A DNA stretch of 64,000 bases from assembly GCA_041651035.1 (NCBI GenBank), contig JBAZKC010000001.1, positions 451,244-515,243 on the forward strand, in the 5' to 3' direction. The DNA is from Candidatus Omnitrophota bacterium (GTDB lineage: Bacteria; Omnitrophota; Gorgyraeia; Gygaellales; Profunditerraquicolaceae). The position numbers and the translations under genes were made by a program. This document shows positions 9,851 through 19,258 of the stretch, piece after piece. Positions within the stretch are counted from its first letter, which is position 1; each line of letters begins with the position of its first letter. Under the pieces are notes generated by a model. That model had not been told where the DNA came from. It was given only the letters and a program-made list of their open reading frames with translations, and ran no database searches.

Positions 9851-10051
9851 CTAACCGTACGGTAACATTCTCTTAAGATACTTTGCCTCTTTCTTGCCGC
9901 CTATTACCTTACGCCTTCTGAGTTTTCTCAGCCTGCTGGACTTCTTGCAGGTAGCCAGATGGCTCTTGCCTCCGGCTGAGTATTTGATCTTTCTGTTTTT
10001 GGTGAACTTGAATCTTTTAGCTACTCCCTTTTTTGTTTTCAAGCCTGGCAT
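9851..10051 (-). CDS. rpmI: 50S ribosomal protein L35
   Basis: [24 protein letters not shown]... Confidence 0.9.
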   Translation of the reverse strand: MPGLKTKKGVAKRFKFTKNRKIKYSAGGKSHLATCKKSSRLRKLRRRKVIGGKKEAKYLKRMLPYG

Positions 10052-10092
10052 GTTTTACGCTCCCTTTGCTGTTGGTTAATTATACCACTGCT

Positions 10093-10599
10093 TTATTTCG
10101 GAGCAATAACAAAAGATATGACCCTGCCTTCCATGGTAGGCGCCTTTTCTAACTGCCCCTCACTCTGAGTATCTGTGATAAATTTATCCAAAACCTTCCT
10201 GCCTATATCCTGGTGTTCCATCTGCCGCCCGCGGAAGAACAGGTTTACCTTGACCTTATCTTTTTTCTTTAAAAAGCCTGTGGCCTGTTTTACTTTTGTC
10301 TCATAATCGTGCTCATCAATATTCGGCTTCAGGCGGATTTCTTTCAGCCGGCCCTGCTTCTGGTGTTTCTTTGCCTCGCGCTCCTTTTTTTCCTGATCGT
10401 ATTTAAATTTACTGAAGTCGATAATGCGACAAACCGGCGGGTTAGCGCTAGGGGCCACTTCTACCAGATCTAATTCATCCTGGCTAGCCAGTTCTTGCGC
10501 GCGCTGTATCGAGACTACACCCAATTGATTACCATCCGGGCCAATGAGCCGTACCTGCGGTACGCGGATCTTTTCATTAATACGTATAAATTTTTTTAT
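10093..10599 (-). CDS. infC: Translation initiation factor IF-3. The probable non-AUG start is AUA at 10597-10599; the ORF-track GTG at 10606-10608 lies inside the ribosome-binding site.
   Basis: IF3 N- and C-domains (VRLIGPDGNQLGVVS..., KEIRLKPNIDEHDYETK). AGGAGGTG sits 8 nt upstream of the AUA. Confidence 0.85.
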   Translation of the reverse strand: MKKFIRINEKIRVPQVRLIGPDGNQLGVVSIQRAQELASQDELDLVEVAPSANPPVCRIIDFSKFKYDQEKKEREAKKHQKQGRLKEIRLKPNIDEHDYETKVKQATGFLKKKDKVKVNLFFRGRQMEHQDIGRKVLDKFITDTQSEGQLEKAPTMEGRVISFVIAPK

Positions 10600-10613
10600 A
10601 CTGACCACCTCCT

Positions 10614-12347
10614 TTACGCAGCCTTGTTTTCTATTTCCTCTTTTATCTGTTTTATAAACTCCTCGACGGAAACGGTCCCCATATCACCCTTGCCTTTCCT
10701 CCTTACGGCAACTCCGCCGCTGGATACTTCTTTACGGCCAACCACTAAAATATAAGGGACCTTCTCCATCTCTGCCTCGCGTATCCTTTTATTAAGAGTT
10801 TCATTCCGGTCATCCAGTTTAACGCGCAGGGATTTCTCTGTTAATGTATTTTTAAGCTCCGCCGCGTACTTTTGGGATTCAGGGCCTATGGGTATAATTA
10901 CCGCCTGAACGGGAGAAAGCCAGACCGGGAAATTCCCGGCGTAATGCTCGGTCAATACGCCGATAAACCGCTCTATACTGCCGAACAATACACGGTGCAG
11001 CATGATCGGCTGCCTTTCCTGACCCTGCTCATCAGTATAGACGAGGTTAAACCTTTTAGGAAGAGCAAAATCACATTGGATTGTCGCGCACTGCCATTTT
11101 CTTTTCAAGGCATCTTTTAATTTTATGTCTATCTTAGGGCCGTAAAATGCGCCGTCTCCCGTATTTATATCATACGGCAGCCCTTTTTCTTTTAACGCGG
11201 CCTGGAGGGCTCCTGTAGCAAGTTCCCAATCCTCATCGCTACCGATAGATTTTTCCGGCCGGGTGGAAAGCTCGATGCTTAAATCCGGGAATCCGAAATC
11301 CTTCATAGTATCTATAACTAAGTTGGTTATAGTCATTATTTCCTGGACCACCTGTTCCGGGCGGCAGAAAATATGGGCGTCATCCTGCGTAAACCCGCGC
11401 ACACGCATCAATCCATGCAGGACTCCGGCTTTCTCATGCCTATACACAGTTCCTAGTTCAAACAGCCTAAGAGGCAGGTCCCGGTAACTGCGTGTTTTTG
11501 ATTTATAAATTAACATATGGCCCGGGCAATTCATGGGTTTTAAGACATACTCTTTGTCTTCTATATTGAAGGTGTACATATTCTCTTTATAATAATCGTA
11601 ATGGCCGGAGGTGCGCCAAAGAGCGGCATCCATGATATGCGGGGTGATCACCATCTGATAAAAATCATTCTTTAAATGGATATCTTTTTCATAATCCTCA
11701 ATTACCCTGCGCAGGATGGCTCCTTTAGGATGGAAAAAAACCAGGCCAGCGCCAGCTTCCTCATGGTATATGTCAAAGAGCTCAAGTTGCGGCCCCAGCT
11801 TCCTGTGGTCGCGCAGCCTTGCTTCTTCCAGATTCTTAAGATGCTCACTTAATTCATTTTGGGTTTCAAAACAAGTGCCATATATCCTCTGCAGCATGGG
11901 ATTTGTTTCTATGCCGTGCCAATAAGCTCCGGCAACCGACAGCAATTTAAACGCCTTGACTTGACCTGCAGATTCAATATGCGGCCCGCGGCATAGATCT
12001 ATAAAATCTTTGCCGGTTTTATATACGGAAACTTTCTCATCAGGTATACCTTGAATAAGCTCTACCTTGTAATCTTCTTTTAATTCCTTAAATAAATCCA
12101 AGGCGCCCTTTTTAGAGATCTCTTCCCTGACAAACGGCTCATTCCGGGAAATTATCCCGCGCATCTTTTGCTCAATATCCGCTAGATCAGCGTCGGTAAA
12201 CGGCTCTTTTTTATCAAAATCGTAATAAAAACCGTCTTCTATGGACGGGCCGATAGCCAGCTTAACCTCCGGCCAAAGCTCTTTTACAGCCTGGGCCATC
12301 ACATGTGAACAAGAATGCCGTAAGGTATCTAAATCCGTATTTTTCAT
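10614..12347 (-). CDS. thrS: Threonine--tRNA ligase; 577 aa, lacking the N-terminal TGS region
   Basis: Second additional domain (HxxxH...CxxxH), class II core and anticodon-binding domain; classic thrS-infC-rpmI-rplT gene order. Confidence 0.9.
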   Translation of the reverse strand: MKNTDLDTLRHSCSHVMAQAVKELWPEVKLAIGPSIEDGFYYDFDKKEPFTDADLADIEQKMRGIISRNEPFVREEISKKGALDLFKELKEDYKVELIQGIPDEKVSVYKTGKDFIDLCRGPHIESAGQVKAFKLLSVAGAYWHGIETNPMLQRIYGTCFETQNELSEHLKNLEEARLRDHRKLGPQLELFDIYHEEAGAGLVFFHPKGAILRRVIEDYEKDIHLKNDFYQMVITPHIMDAALWRTSGHYDYYKENMYTFNIEDKEYVLKPMNCPGHMLIYKSKTRSYRDLPLRLFELGTVYRHEKAGVLHGLMRVRGFTQDDAHIFCRPEQVVQEIMTITNLVIDTMKDFGFPDLSIELSTRPEKSIGSDEDWELATGALQAALKEKGLPYDINTGDGAFYGPKIDIKLKDALKRKWQCATIQCDFALPKRFNLVYTDEQGQERQPIMLHRVLFGSIERFIGVLTEHYAGNFPVWLSPVQAVIIPIGPESQKYAAELKNTLTEKSLRVKLDDRNETLNKRIREAEMEKVPYILVVGRKEVSSGGVAVRRKGKGDMGTVSVEEFIKQIKEEIENKAA

Positions 12348-12355
12348 AATTTAAG

Positions 12356-12432
12356 TGGTGGGCCCAAGAGGAGTCGGACCTCTGACCTTTGCGATGTCAA
12401 CGCAACGCTCTAACCAACTGAGCTATGAGCCC
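12356..12432 (-). tRNA. tRNA-Val (anticodon GAC), CCA encoded
   Basis: Cloverleaf built by hand: acceptor GGGCTCA/TGGGCCC, anticodon loop TTGACAT. The T-loop reads TCCGACT, which is atypical. The gene ends 8 nt upstream of the thrS ATG. Confidence 0.75.
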
Positions 12433-12464
12433 GCGCATTTAATTAAGCTTTTAAGCTAAATCCG

Positions 12465-12547
12465 TGGGCAAGGAGGGAGTTGAACCCTCACGACCTTACG
12501 GCCAACAGATTTTAAGTCTGTCGTGTATGCCATTCCACCACTTGCCC
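12465..12547 (-). tRNA. tRNA-Leu (anticodon TAA), long variable arm
   Basis: Acceptor GGGCAAG/CTTGCCC, anticodon loop CTTAAAA, T-arm GAGGGTTCAACTCCCTC. Confidence 0.85.
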
Positions 12548-12644
12548 GCTCTTAATCAACTTATATCCCTTGCGTAAACACTGCGAAAATCTCTTCGATA
12601 TTTTCGCAGTACGCTTCGGGATGAATTTTGCAAAGCAAAATTCA

Positions 12645-12716
12645 AGGCGACGAGCGGATTCGAACCGCTGAATAGCTGTTTTGCAGACAGCTGCCTTGCC
12701 ACTTGGCTACGTCGCC
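12645..12716 (-). tRNA. tRNA-Cys (anticodon GCA)
   Basis: Acceptor GGCGACG/CGTCGCC with discriminator U, anticodon loop CTGCAAA, T-arm GCGGTTCGAATCCGC. Confidence 0.85.
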
Positions 12717-12787
12717 ACGTAAATTCGCTTTACTCACCACGCGGCAGAGAGTCCTGCGGCCCGAAAGGCTTTACGGAATACCGGACT

Positions 12788-13327
12788 TCAAATAATTTTC
12801 TTGACCTCTTTAACGATATCCTCTGTTTCTGCTAAACAGCCGATACCAACCTTACCACAGGCCAATTCGCCTTTTCTAGGCTCCATAAATCTATACCCGG
12901 CGGATTTTAGTCTTTGAATATTGCCTTGCACGATACTGTTCTTATACATATTCTCATTCATGGCCGGAGCAATTAAAACCGGGGCCTTTGTGGCGCAGAT
13001 AACACAAGTCAATAAGTCATCGCATATGCCGCTGGCAATTTTACCTATGATATTGGCAGTGGCTGGAGCTACTAATACCATATCCGCCTTATCCGCCAAG
13101 GATATATGCTCTATCTCCCAGGTATCTGATTCAAGGAACATCTTCCGGTAGGCCTTGTTGCCAGACAGGCTTTGAAAAACAACGGGGCTGATCAACTCTC
13201 CTGCCTCATCTGTCATAACCACAGTAACGGAAAAATGCTGCGCCCTAAGCTTGCGCACAATATCGCAGGCTTTATATATAGCGATACCCGCTGTCACCCC
13301 TAAAATAATATTTTTTTCTTTTACCAT
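12788..13327 (-). CDS. coaC: Phosphopantothenoylcysteine decarboxylase (flavoprotein; CoaC half only)
   Basis: ILGVTAGIAIYK... flavoprotein fold; 179 aa. Confidence 0.8.
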   Translation of the reverse strand: MVKEKNIILGVTAGIAIYKACDIVRKLRAQHFSVTVVMTDEAGELISPVVFQSLSGNKAYRKMFLESDTWEIEHISLADKADMVLVAPATANIIGKIASGICDDLLTCVICATKAPVLIAPAMNENMYKNSIVQGNIQRLKSAGYRFMEPRKGELACGKVGIGCLAETEDIVKEVKKII

Positions 13328-13415
13328 TTAAACAAACGGGCTTATTCTTCTCGCATTCTTAAAGAATGCTAAAAAGGTATCGGCTTACCTGCCAAACACC
13401 CCTCCAAGGGTTAAC

Positions 13416-13625
13416 TTATTCTTTCGATTTTATCTTCTTGCTCTGTATCTGGCCGTCGGCTATCTCAAACAAAGCTACAGTTGAAGGCTTGACAGACGAA
13501 TTTACAGTAACAAGTTTTGGCTGGCCTTCGACGATCTCCAGGGCTCTTTTTGCCGCCAAGATGACCAGCTTATAAATAGAGCCGCTGCTTTTATCTAAAA
13601 GTTTCTCTCTCTCAAAATAACTCAT
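13416..13625 (-). CDS. rpoZ: DNA-directed RNA polymerase subunit omega
   Basis: MSYFEREKLLDKSSGSIYKLVILAAKRALEI. Confidence 0.85.
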   Translation of the reverse strand: MSYFEREKLLDKSSGSIYKLVILAAKRALEIVEGQPKLVTVNSSVKPSTVALFEIADGQIQSKKIKSKE

Positions 13626-14242
13626 GTGCCCCCTCGCCTTAAATTACCGATACCTGTTTCTTGCAATATAATTCTTCTTAATTCCTTTACCGCCTGCTGT
13701 AAATTTTTATTAACCAGGCGGTAATCGTACCTGCGGGAAGCCAAAAGCTCCGCCTTGGCAAGCCTCAAACGTTCCCTTATCTCTTTTTCTTTAGTGCTGC
13801 TGCAACGTCCGCCAATCCTCTCCCGAAGCGTTTCTAATGAAGGAGGAAGAACAAAAATCAATACCGCGGCTTTATGGAAAAACCGCTTTACCTCAAACGC
13901 GCCTTTTAAATCTAAACACAGAATAACATGTTTGCCTTTTTTAAGCTGCTTTTCCACAAAATCCCTGGGCGTTGCGTAATAATAACCCAAATACCTCGTC
14001 CATTCAAGAATTTTTTTTGCCTTAAGCCCCTGCTTAAACTTCTCTCTCGTAATAAAAAAATAGTCTCTCTTTTCCCTTTCGCCTGACCTCTTGGGCCGGG
14101 TAGTTAAAGAAATAGACCTTACCAGCCGTTTCTTTAACTGCCTGTCTTCCAGCAGCCTCTTAAGGAGCGTGGTCTTGCCTGATCCGGACGGCCCGGAAAT
14201 AATAATTACCGATCCTTGTATTTTGTTTTGCTTAAGCTTCAC
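13622..14242 (-). CDS. gmk: Guanylate kinase
   Basis: P-loop GPSGSGKTTL and the YYYATPR motif. Confidence 0.9.
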   Translation of the reverse strand: MKLKQNKIQGSVIIISGPSGSGKTTLLKRLLEDRQLKKRLVRSISLTTRPKRSGEREKRDYFFITREKFKQGLKAKKILEWTRYLGYYYATPRDFVEKQLKKGKHVILCLDLKGAFEVKRFFHKAAVLIFVLPPSLETLRERIGGRCSSTKEKEIRERLRLAKAELLASRRYDYRLVNKNLQQAVKELRRIILQETGIGNLRRGGT

Positions 14243-15070
14243 TTATTCTATATTCTGTACTTGTTCACGGATCTTTTCGATCTGGCTCTTTATCTGGACA
14301 ACCTTGGCAGAAATAGTTGTATCAAATGTCTTAGCCCCCAAGGTATTTGCTTCCCTTTGCATCTCCTGCGCGATAAAATCCAGCTCTTTACCTACCGGCC
14401 CGCGCTTTGTAAGCTTGTTTCTAAAGTTTTGTATGTGGAATGTCAATCGCTCTATTTCTTCCGCGATATCCGTGTCTTTCAAGAAACTCGAACGCTCTTC
14501 CTCTGTTTTTATCTGTTCAAGCCTGTCCTTAACCGCTTTTTTTAATCTCGCCTTAATAGCCGCGAGGCTGGACTTAAGCGTTTCTGCCCTGGTTTTTAAG
14601 AACCCGAACAAAGCCCGGCCTTCTTTCTGGCGCATCTCTGCCAGGTCGCCTACAGCCCTGCCCACTACTATTTTCAGGCGCGGCCACGAGTTTAGCTTGG
14701 GAACTTTATCCTCAGCCAAAGACAACACCCCGGGCAGATGTATCAATGTGTCTATACTAACCTCGTCTTTGATCTGGAATTGTTTTTTCGCTTTTCTTAA
14801 CATCAAAAGGTAATTTTTAAACAGCGCCTTATTTATGGAAACGTGCGAAGCTGACGCGCCGATAACATTTACCACGCAGGTAACACGCCCCCTTTTAATC
14901 CTCGCCTCGATTTCTTTCTTTATTTTGTCTTCTAAAGAAATAAACCCTTCCGGCAGATGAAACACGACCTCCAGGAATTTATGGTTTGAGCTTCTCAGCT
15001 CGACGGAAACCTTGCCGAAAGGCACGACCTGGGCCTCTCTGCTGCCAAAACCGGTCATACTCTGTATCAT
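14243..15070 (-). CDS. yicC: YicC family protein
   Basis: MIQSMTGFGSRE N-terminus and a YicC-like C-terminal domain. Confidence 0.85.
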   Translation of the reverse strand: MIQSMTGFGSREAQVVPFGKVSVELRSSNHKFLEVVFHLPEGFISLEDKIKKEIEARIKRGRVTCVVNVIGASASHVSINKALFKNYLLMLRKAKKQFQIKDEVSIDTLIHLPGVLSLAEDKVPKLNSWPRLKIVVGRAVGDLAEMRQKEGRALFGFLKTRAETLKSSLAAIKARLKKAVKDRLEQIKTEEERSSFLKDTDIAEEIERLTFHIQNFRNKLTKRGPVGKELDFIAQEMQREANTLGAKTFDTTISAKVVQIKSQIEKIREQVQNIE

Positions 15071-15084
15071 CTTGACTCCATTTT

Positions 15085-15588
15085 TTAGGCCCAGATCTTT
15101 TTCTTACATTCCCTGCCCACCGCTTCTTTTGTAGGATACAAATCCACAATAATCTCTTCGGGATTAAACCAGAGTTTTATTTCTCTCTCTGCTTCGCTCT
15201 CGCTGGATGACACATGAATAACGTTTTCGTAAACTCCACCGGTAGTGATCCTGCCGTAAGAGCCTCTAATGGAAGTGGGCTCCGCCTCCTCGGGGTTTGT
15301 GGCCCCGGCAAGCTCTCGGCATTGTTTTATAGCATCCTTGCCCCAGTATACTAAAGCCATAACCTTACGCCGTTCATGCAGCTCTCCCTGTATATACCTT
15401 ATTAATTCACCAAAAAACGGCTTGTCTTTTAAATGCTTATAATGTTCTTCTGCCAATGTTTTAGATACCCGCGCCATTCTCGCGGCAACGATCTCAAACT
15501 TCGTTTCAGACAACCGTGTTAAGATATTGCCGGTTAAAGATTTTTTAAGGCCGTCGGGTTTTATAAGAATTAACGTCGCCTGATTCAT
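15085..15588 (-). CDS. ndk: Nucleoside diphosphate kinase
   Basis: TLILIKPDG...NVIHVSSSESEAEREIKLWF (active-site His). Confidence 0.85.
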   Translation of the reverse strand: MNQATLILIKPDGLKKSLTGNILTRLSETKFEIVAARMARVSKTLAEEHYKHLKDKPFFGELIRYIQGELHERRKVMALVYWGKDAIKQCRELAGATNPEEAEPTSIRGSYGRITTGGVYENVIHVSSSESEAEREIKLWFNPEEIIVDLYPTKEAVGRECKKKIWA

Positions 15589-16439
15589 TTTGCCCCTCCC
15601 CTGAATATATTCGCGATCCTTTCCAGATCCTCCTGAGAATAGAATTCAATAAAAACATGCCCGCGTTTTTTTCTTTTACTTATCCTGACTTTAGTGGCCA
15701 TGATCTGCTGCAATTCCTCTTCCAGGGCCGCTATATAAGGCTCCCGCGTTGACTGGCCCATCCTGCGCTTAACAATTTTTGGACGGTGCGTTTTGATAAG
15801 GGTCTCCAGCTCCCGCACTGACAATCCTTTCAAAATGACTTCCTGAGCTAACTTTCTTTGCTGGTTGGCATCTTCTAATTCCAGCAAGGCTTTCCCATGA
15901 GCAAAAGAAAGGCGGCCTTTCTTTATTTCTATTTGGATTTCTTGAGGTAAGTTCAATAACCGCAATGTGTTAGTAATAGTTGTCCTGGCTTTACCCAGGA
16001 CCTCACTAACCCTTTCTTGCGTAACTTGAAATTTATCAATGAGATACCGATAAGCATGCGCCTCTTCAACCGGATTAAGGCCTTCCCGTTGAATATTTTC
16101 TATTAATGCCAATTCTAAAGAGTCCCGGTCATCTACATCTTTAATAATAATCGGCACCTCTTTAAGATCCAGCAGATTCGCTGCCCGCAGCCTTCTTTCG
16201 CCAGCGATCAATTCATAATAATCACCTTTGCGCCTTACTAAAAGAGGCTGGATCACTCCTTTTTCTTTAATAGATTGGGCTAATTCTTCGATACTCTGAG
16301 TATCAAAGTCTTCTCTAGGTTGAAAGGGATTTGGCTTAATTTGTCCAGTTTGGACATTTACAATCTCATTCTTAGCCCCTGATTCTACTTTCTCCGGTAT
16401 CAAAGCACTTATTCCTTTACCCAAAGCTTTTCTTTCCAT
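15585..16439 (-). CDS. parB: Chromosome partitioning protein ParB/Spo0J
   Basis: KALGKGISALIP and LIENIQREGLNPVEEA ParB box. Confidence 0.9.
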   Translation of the reverse strand: MERKALGKGISALIPEKVESGAKNEIVNVQTGQIKPNPFQPREDFDTQSIEELAQSIKEKGVIQPLLVRRKGDYYELIAGERRLRAANLLDLKEVPIIIKDVDDRDSLELALIENIQREGLNPVEEAHAYRYLIDKFQVTQERVSEVLGKARTTITNTLRLLNLPQEIQIEIKKGRLSFAHGKALLELEDANQQRKLAQEVILKGLSVRELETLIKTHRPKIVKRRMGQSTREPYIAALEEELQQIMATKVRISKRKKRGHVFIEFYSQEDLERIANIFRGGAK

Positions 16440-17233
16440 TATCCCGCTCCTTCTGATATTGGTTCACTTGAAAAAGGGATCCCTAATATTTCTTTACATA
16501 GCTCTTCGTATTTACGCGCTCCCAATGAATCTTTATCATACAGGGCTATGGGCTTGCCAAAACTCGGCGACTCAGTTAACCGGATATTCCTGGGGATAAC
16601 CGTCTTATAAACTTTCTCTTTGAAAAAATTGCGCGCCTCTTGAATAACCTCCTTGGTAAGATTGGTGCGGTAATCAGCCATAGTAAGAAGCACGCCCTCA
16701 ATAACCAGGTTAGGATTCAGATTCTCTCTCACAAGTTCAATAGTATTAGATAGTTGCGTTAATCCTTCTAGCGCGTAATATTCACATTGTACTGTTATTA
16801 TTACTGAATCTGCCGCGCATAAACCATTTATAGTTAATAAGCCCAGGGATGGCGGTGAATCAATAATTATAAAATCAAAGTCATCCTTGTTTTTTATTAA
16901 CGCCCTCTTTAATCTATACTCTCTACCTAATGCGCCAACTAATTCTACTTCAGCTCCAGTTAAGTCTAGATTGGCAGGTGCTAAGGAAAGGTTATTAATT
17001 ACTGTGCTCTGCAATATCTCTTTTAATTCTGATTCTTCTAATAGGATATGATACGTGCTCTTTTGAATATTATGCTTATTTATACCTATGCCGCTGGTTG
17101 TGTTTGCCTGGGGATCTAAGTCTATGAGTAAAGTTCTTTTGCCGGCTAGCGCAAGATAGGTAGCTATATTGATCGCTGAGGTGGTTTTCCCAGTGCCGCC
17201 CTTTTGATTACAAACACTGATAATTCTACCCAT
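16439..17233 (-). CDS. parA: Chromosome partitioning ATPase ParA/Soj
   Basis: Deviant Walker A motif NQKGGTGKTT. Confidence 0.9.
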   Translation of the reverse strand: MGRIISVCNQKGGTGKTTSAINIATYLALAGKRTLLIDLDPQANTTSGIGINKHNIQKSTYHILLEESELKEILQSTVINNLSLAPANLDLTGAEVELVGALGREYRLKRALIKNKDDFDFIIIDSPPSLGLLTINGLCAADSVIITVQCEYYALEGLTQLSNTIELVRENLNPNLVIEGVLLTMADYRTNLTKEVIQEARNFFKEKVYKTVIPRNIRLTESPSFGKPIALYDKDSLGARKYEELCKEILGIPFSSEPISEGAG

Positions 17234-17255
17234 TGGAATTTATATAGTTACGCTT

Positions 17256-17271
17256 AGTTCCACGCGGAACT
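17256..17271. promoter_or_regulatory. Candidate parS-like or operator palindrome, AGTTCCACGCGGAACT, upstream of parA
   Basis: 16-nt near-perfect palindrome that matches the parS consensus TGTTTCACGTGAAACA at 11 of 16 positions. Confidence 0.3.
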
Positions 17272-17311
17272 TTAAAACTCTGCGGTTATTATTTAAGAGT
17301 AAATTGCCCTG

Positions 17312-17512
17312 TTAAGTGTTATCTTTGGCTTTATTTATGCTTACTTTCACCTTGGCTGGTTTAGCTCCAGGCATACCAAAGAGACCTTTTTCTTCTTCTG
17401 AAAGTATCTCTATTGTTAGTTTATTGCGGGGTAATTTTAGTGTTTTGAGCGCCTTTTTAATTGCCTCTGCGACAGTTTTACCTTCTACCTCAATACTGGT
17501 CTTAGGTATCAT
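17312..17512 (-). CDS. Jag N-terminal domain protein (KhpB/Jag_N only, 66 aa)
   Basis: MIPKTSIEVEGKTVAEAIKKALKTLKL... matches the Jag_N fold; it follows yidC in the canonical position. Confidence 0.6.
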   Translation of the reverse strand: MIPKTSIEVEGKTVAEAIKKALKTLKLPRNKLTIEILSEEEKGLFGMPGAKPAKVKVSINKAKDNT

Positions 17513-19035
17513 CTTATCCTGTTTATACGAAATTGATAGGCAAGCATAAGCGCGCTATTGATAAACCAGTATAAAACCAGGCCGGAAGGCATATGATAAA
17601 AAATAAGCCCAAACATAAGCGGCATTATTATCAACATCAATTTTTGTTGCTCTGCGGCTTTGCTATTCGTGTTAGACATAGACATTTTCTGCTGAATAAA
17701 CATGCCTATGGTCATTACGATAGGTAGAATATTAATTTCATTTCCCAGCACCGGCAAAGAGGTTGGCAACGTAAAAAGGCGGTCGGGTTCTGATAAATCC
17801 TTTATCCACAAGAAATGGGCGCCCTTTAAAACAACACAACGCATCAATGCCTGATAAAGCGCAAAAAATATAGGCATCTGGAGAATCAAGGGCAGGCATC
17901 CGCCTAAAGGATTAATTTTATGCTTACGATATAACTCCATTATTAATTGATTTTGTTTTGGCTGATTGTCTTTATAGTTTTTGCGTATTTCTTCAATAAG
18001 AGGCTGCAATAATTGCATTTCTTTCATTGAACGCATTTGTTTTAGCGTAAGAGGGAAAAGGAGGATATAAACAGCTACACTTAAGATCACAATAGCCCAG
18101 CCCCAATTATGGACTATCCGGTAAAAGAAAAACAATAACTGCAAAAGGATCTGCGCGATAAAATCAAATGTGCCGTAATTAACCACTGCTGACCAGTCTG
18201 ATTTAACACTGTTAATCAATCCTAAATCCTGTGGCCCCAAGTAGATACGGAACTTTTTCATGATCTGTTGGCCGGGAGCAATTACCGTTTCTTGCGGAAC
18301 TAATCCGATCTCCGATTCCTGAGAATTGATCTTTTTTATAAAACCCAGGCTGCTGTCTGATTCTGGTTCGACCAGCGCGCAAAAATACTGGTCCCTTAAA
18401 CCTAAGAATTTTGTATCGCTGAATTCCAGGTTTTTCCTGGCATTGTAATGACGCGTTTTATCTTTTGTTGCTATAACCACATCCTGGTAACGCGACTGGA
18501 TACTATTAGAAGCAAAATTCAGCGTTCCCAGCACCAAAGGCGCGTTCAGGGTAATCGAGGCAGAAGATACATTCTGGATTGTTATCTCTAACAATATGCT
18601 ATAATTAGAGTTAGAGAAAGTATATTTCTTGGTGATCTTTTTATTTTGGTCGTTATGTACAAAGGTTAATGAATCTGGCGCGGTCTTTGCTATTTTGAAG
18701 GACAAGGCTTGATCATCTAATATAAATCCGTTTTTTAAAGAAAATTTATAATCCTGGTGCGTCTTAAAATTCACTTCTTTAATCGCGGCCAGAGGCTCTA
18801 TAAAGATAACCTCAAATTTATCTTGTGTATATTTAAACAGGGATGCCGGGGGCAGGGCTTGTTCTTGACTTGCGGTTAAAGATCGGGCGCTTTGCTTGGG
18901 CAGTGCTGGGATACTCACAGCCTCTTTTGCTGTAACTCCTTCGCTTACAACATGATACGGCTTCGGAGCTAACATAGACCAAGTTAACAACACTAATAGT
19001 GATAAAGCTATAGCTAAAATTAAACGTTTTTCCAT
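17509..19035 (-). CDS. yidC: Membrane protein insertase YidC
   Basis: YidC/Oxa1 periplasmic domain plus five C-terminal transmembrane helices. Confidence 0.9.
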   Translation of the reverse strand: MEKRLILAIALSLLVLLTWSMLAPKPYHVVSEGVTAKEAVSIPALPKQSARSLTASQEQALPPASLFKYTQDKFEVIFIEPLAAIKEVNFKTHQDYKFSLKNGFILDDQALSFKIAKTAPDSLTFVHNDQNKKITKKYTFSNSNYSILLEITIQNVSSASITLNAPLVLGTLNFASNSIQSRYQDVVIATKDKTRHYNARKNLEFSDTKFLGLRDQYFCALVEPESDSSLGFIKKINSQESEIGLVPQETVIAPGQQIMKKFRIYLGPQDLGLINSVKSDWSAVVNYGTFDFIAQILLQLLFFFYRIVHNWGWAIVILSVAVYILLFPLTLKQMRSMKEMQLLQPLIEEIRKNYKDNQPKQNQLIMELYRKHKINPLGGCLPLILQMPIFFALYQALMRCVVLKGAHFLWIKDLSEPDRLFTLPTSLPVLGNEINILPIVMTIGMFIQQKMSMSNTNSKAAEQQKLMLIIMPLMFGLIFYHMPSGLVLYWFINSALMLAYQFRINRIR

Positions 19036-19038
19036 AAA

Positions 19039-19254
19039 TTATACCAAAGGATCGAAACCAGCGCTCCCTGAAAAAGGATGGCAACGTGACAATCTTCTAG
19101 CCGCTTTCAACCCCCCCTTTAAAAAACCGTACTTTGTGATTGCCTGCTGCGCGTATTCAGAGCAACTGGGGGTAAAGCGGCAGCAAGAGGGCAAAATTGT
19201 CCTTATGTAAACCCGGTATAGTCTTATCAGCTTGAGAGCCGCGCTTCGCAACAT
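19039..19254 (-). CDS. yidD: Membrane protein insertion efficiency factor YidD
   Basis: ...CRFTPSCSEYAQQAI... Confidence 0.85.
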   Translation of the reverse strand: MLRSAALKLIRLYRVYIRTILPSCCRFTPSCSEYAQQAITKYGFLKGGLKAARRLSRCHPFSGSAGFDPLV

Positions 19255-19258
19255 TGAA

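Noticed and set aside
12348-12356. T-box or tRNA-mimic operator upstream of thrS
   Set aside because: There are only 8 nt between tRNA-Val and the thrS ATG, so there is no room for a leader structure.
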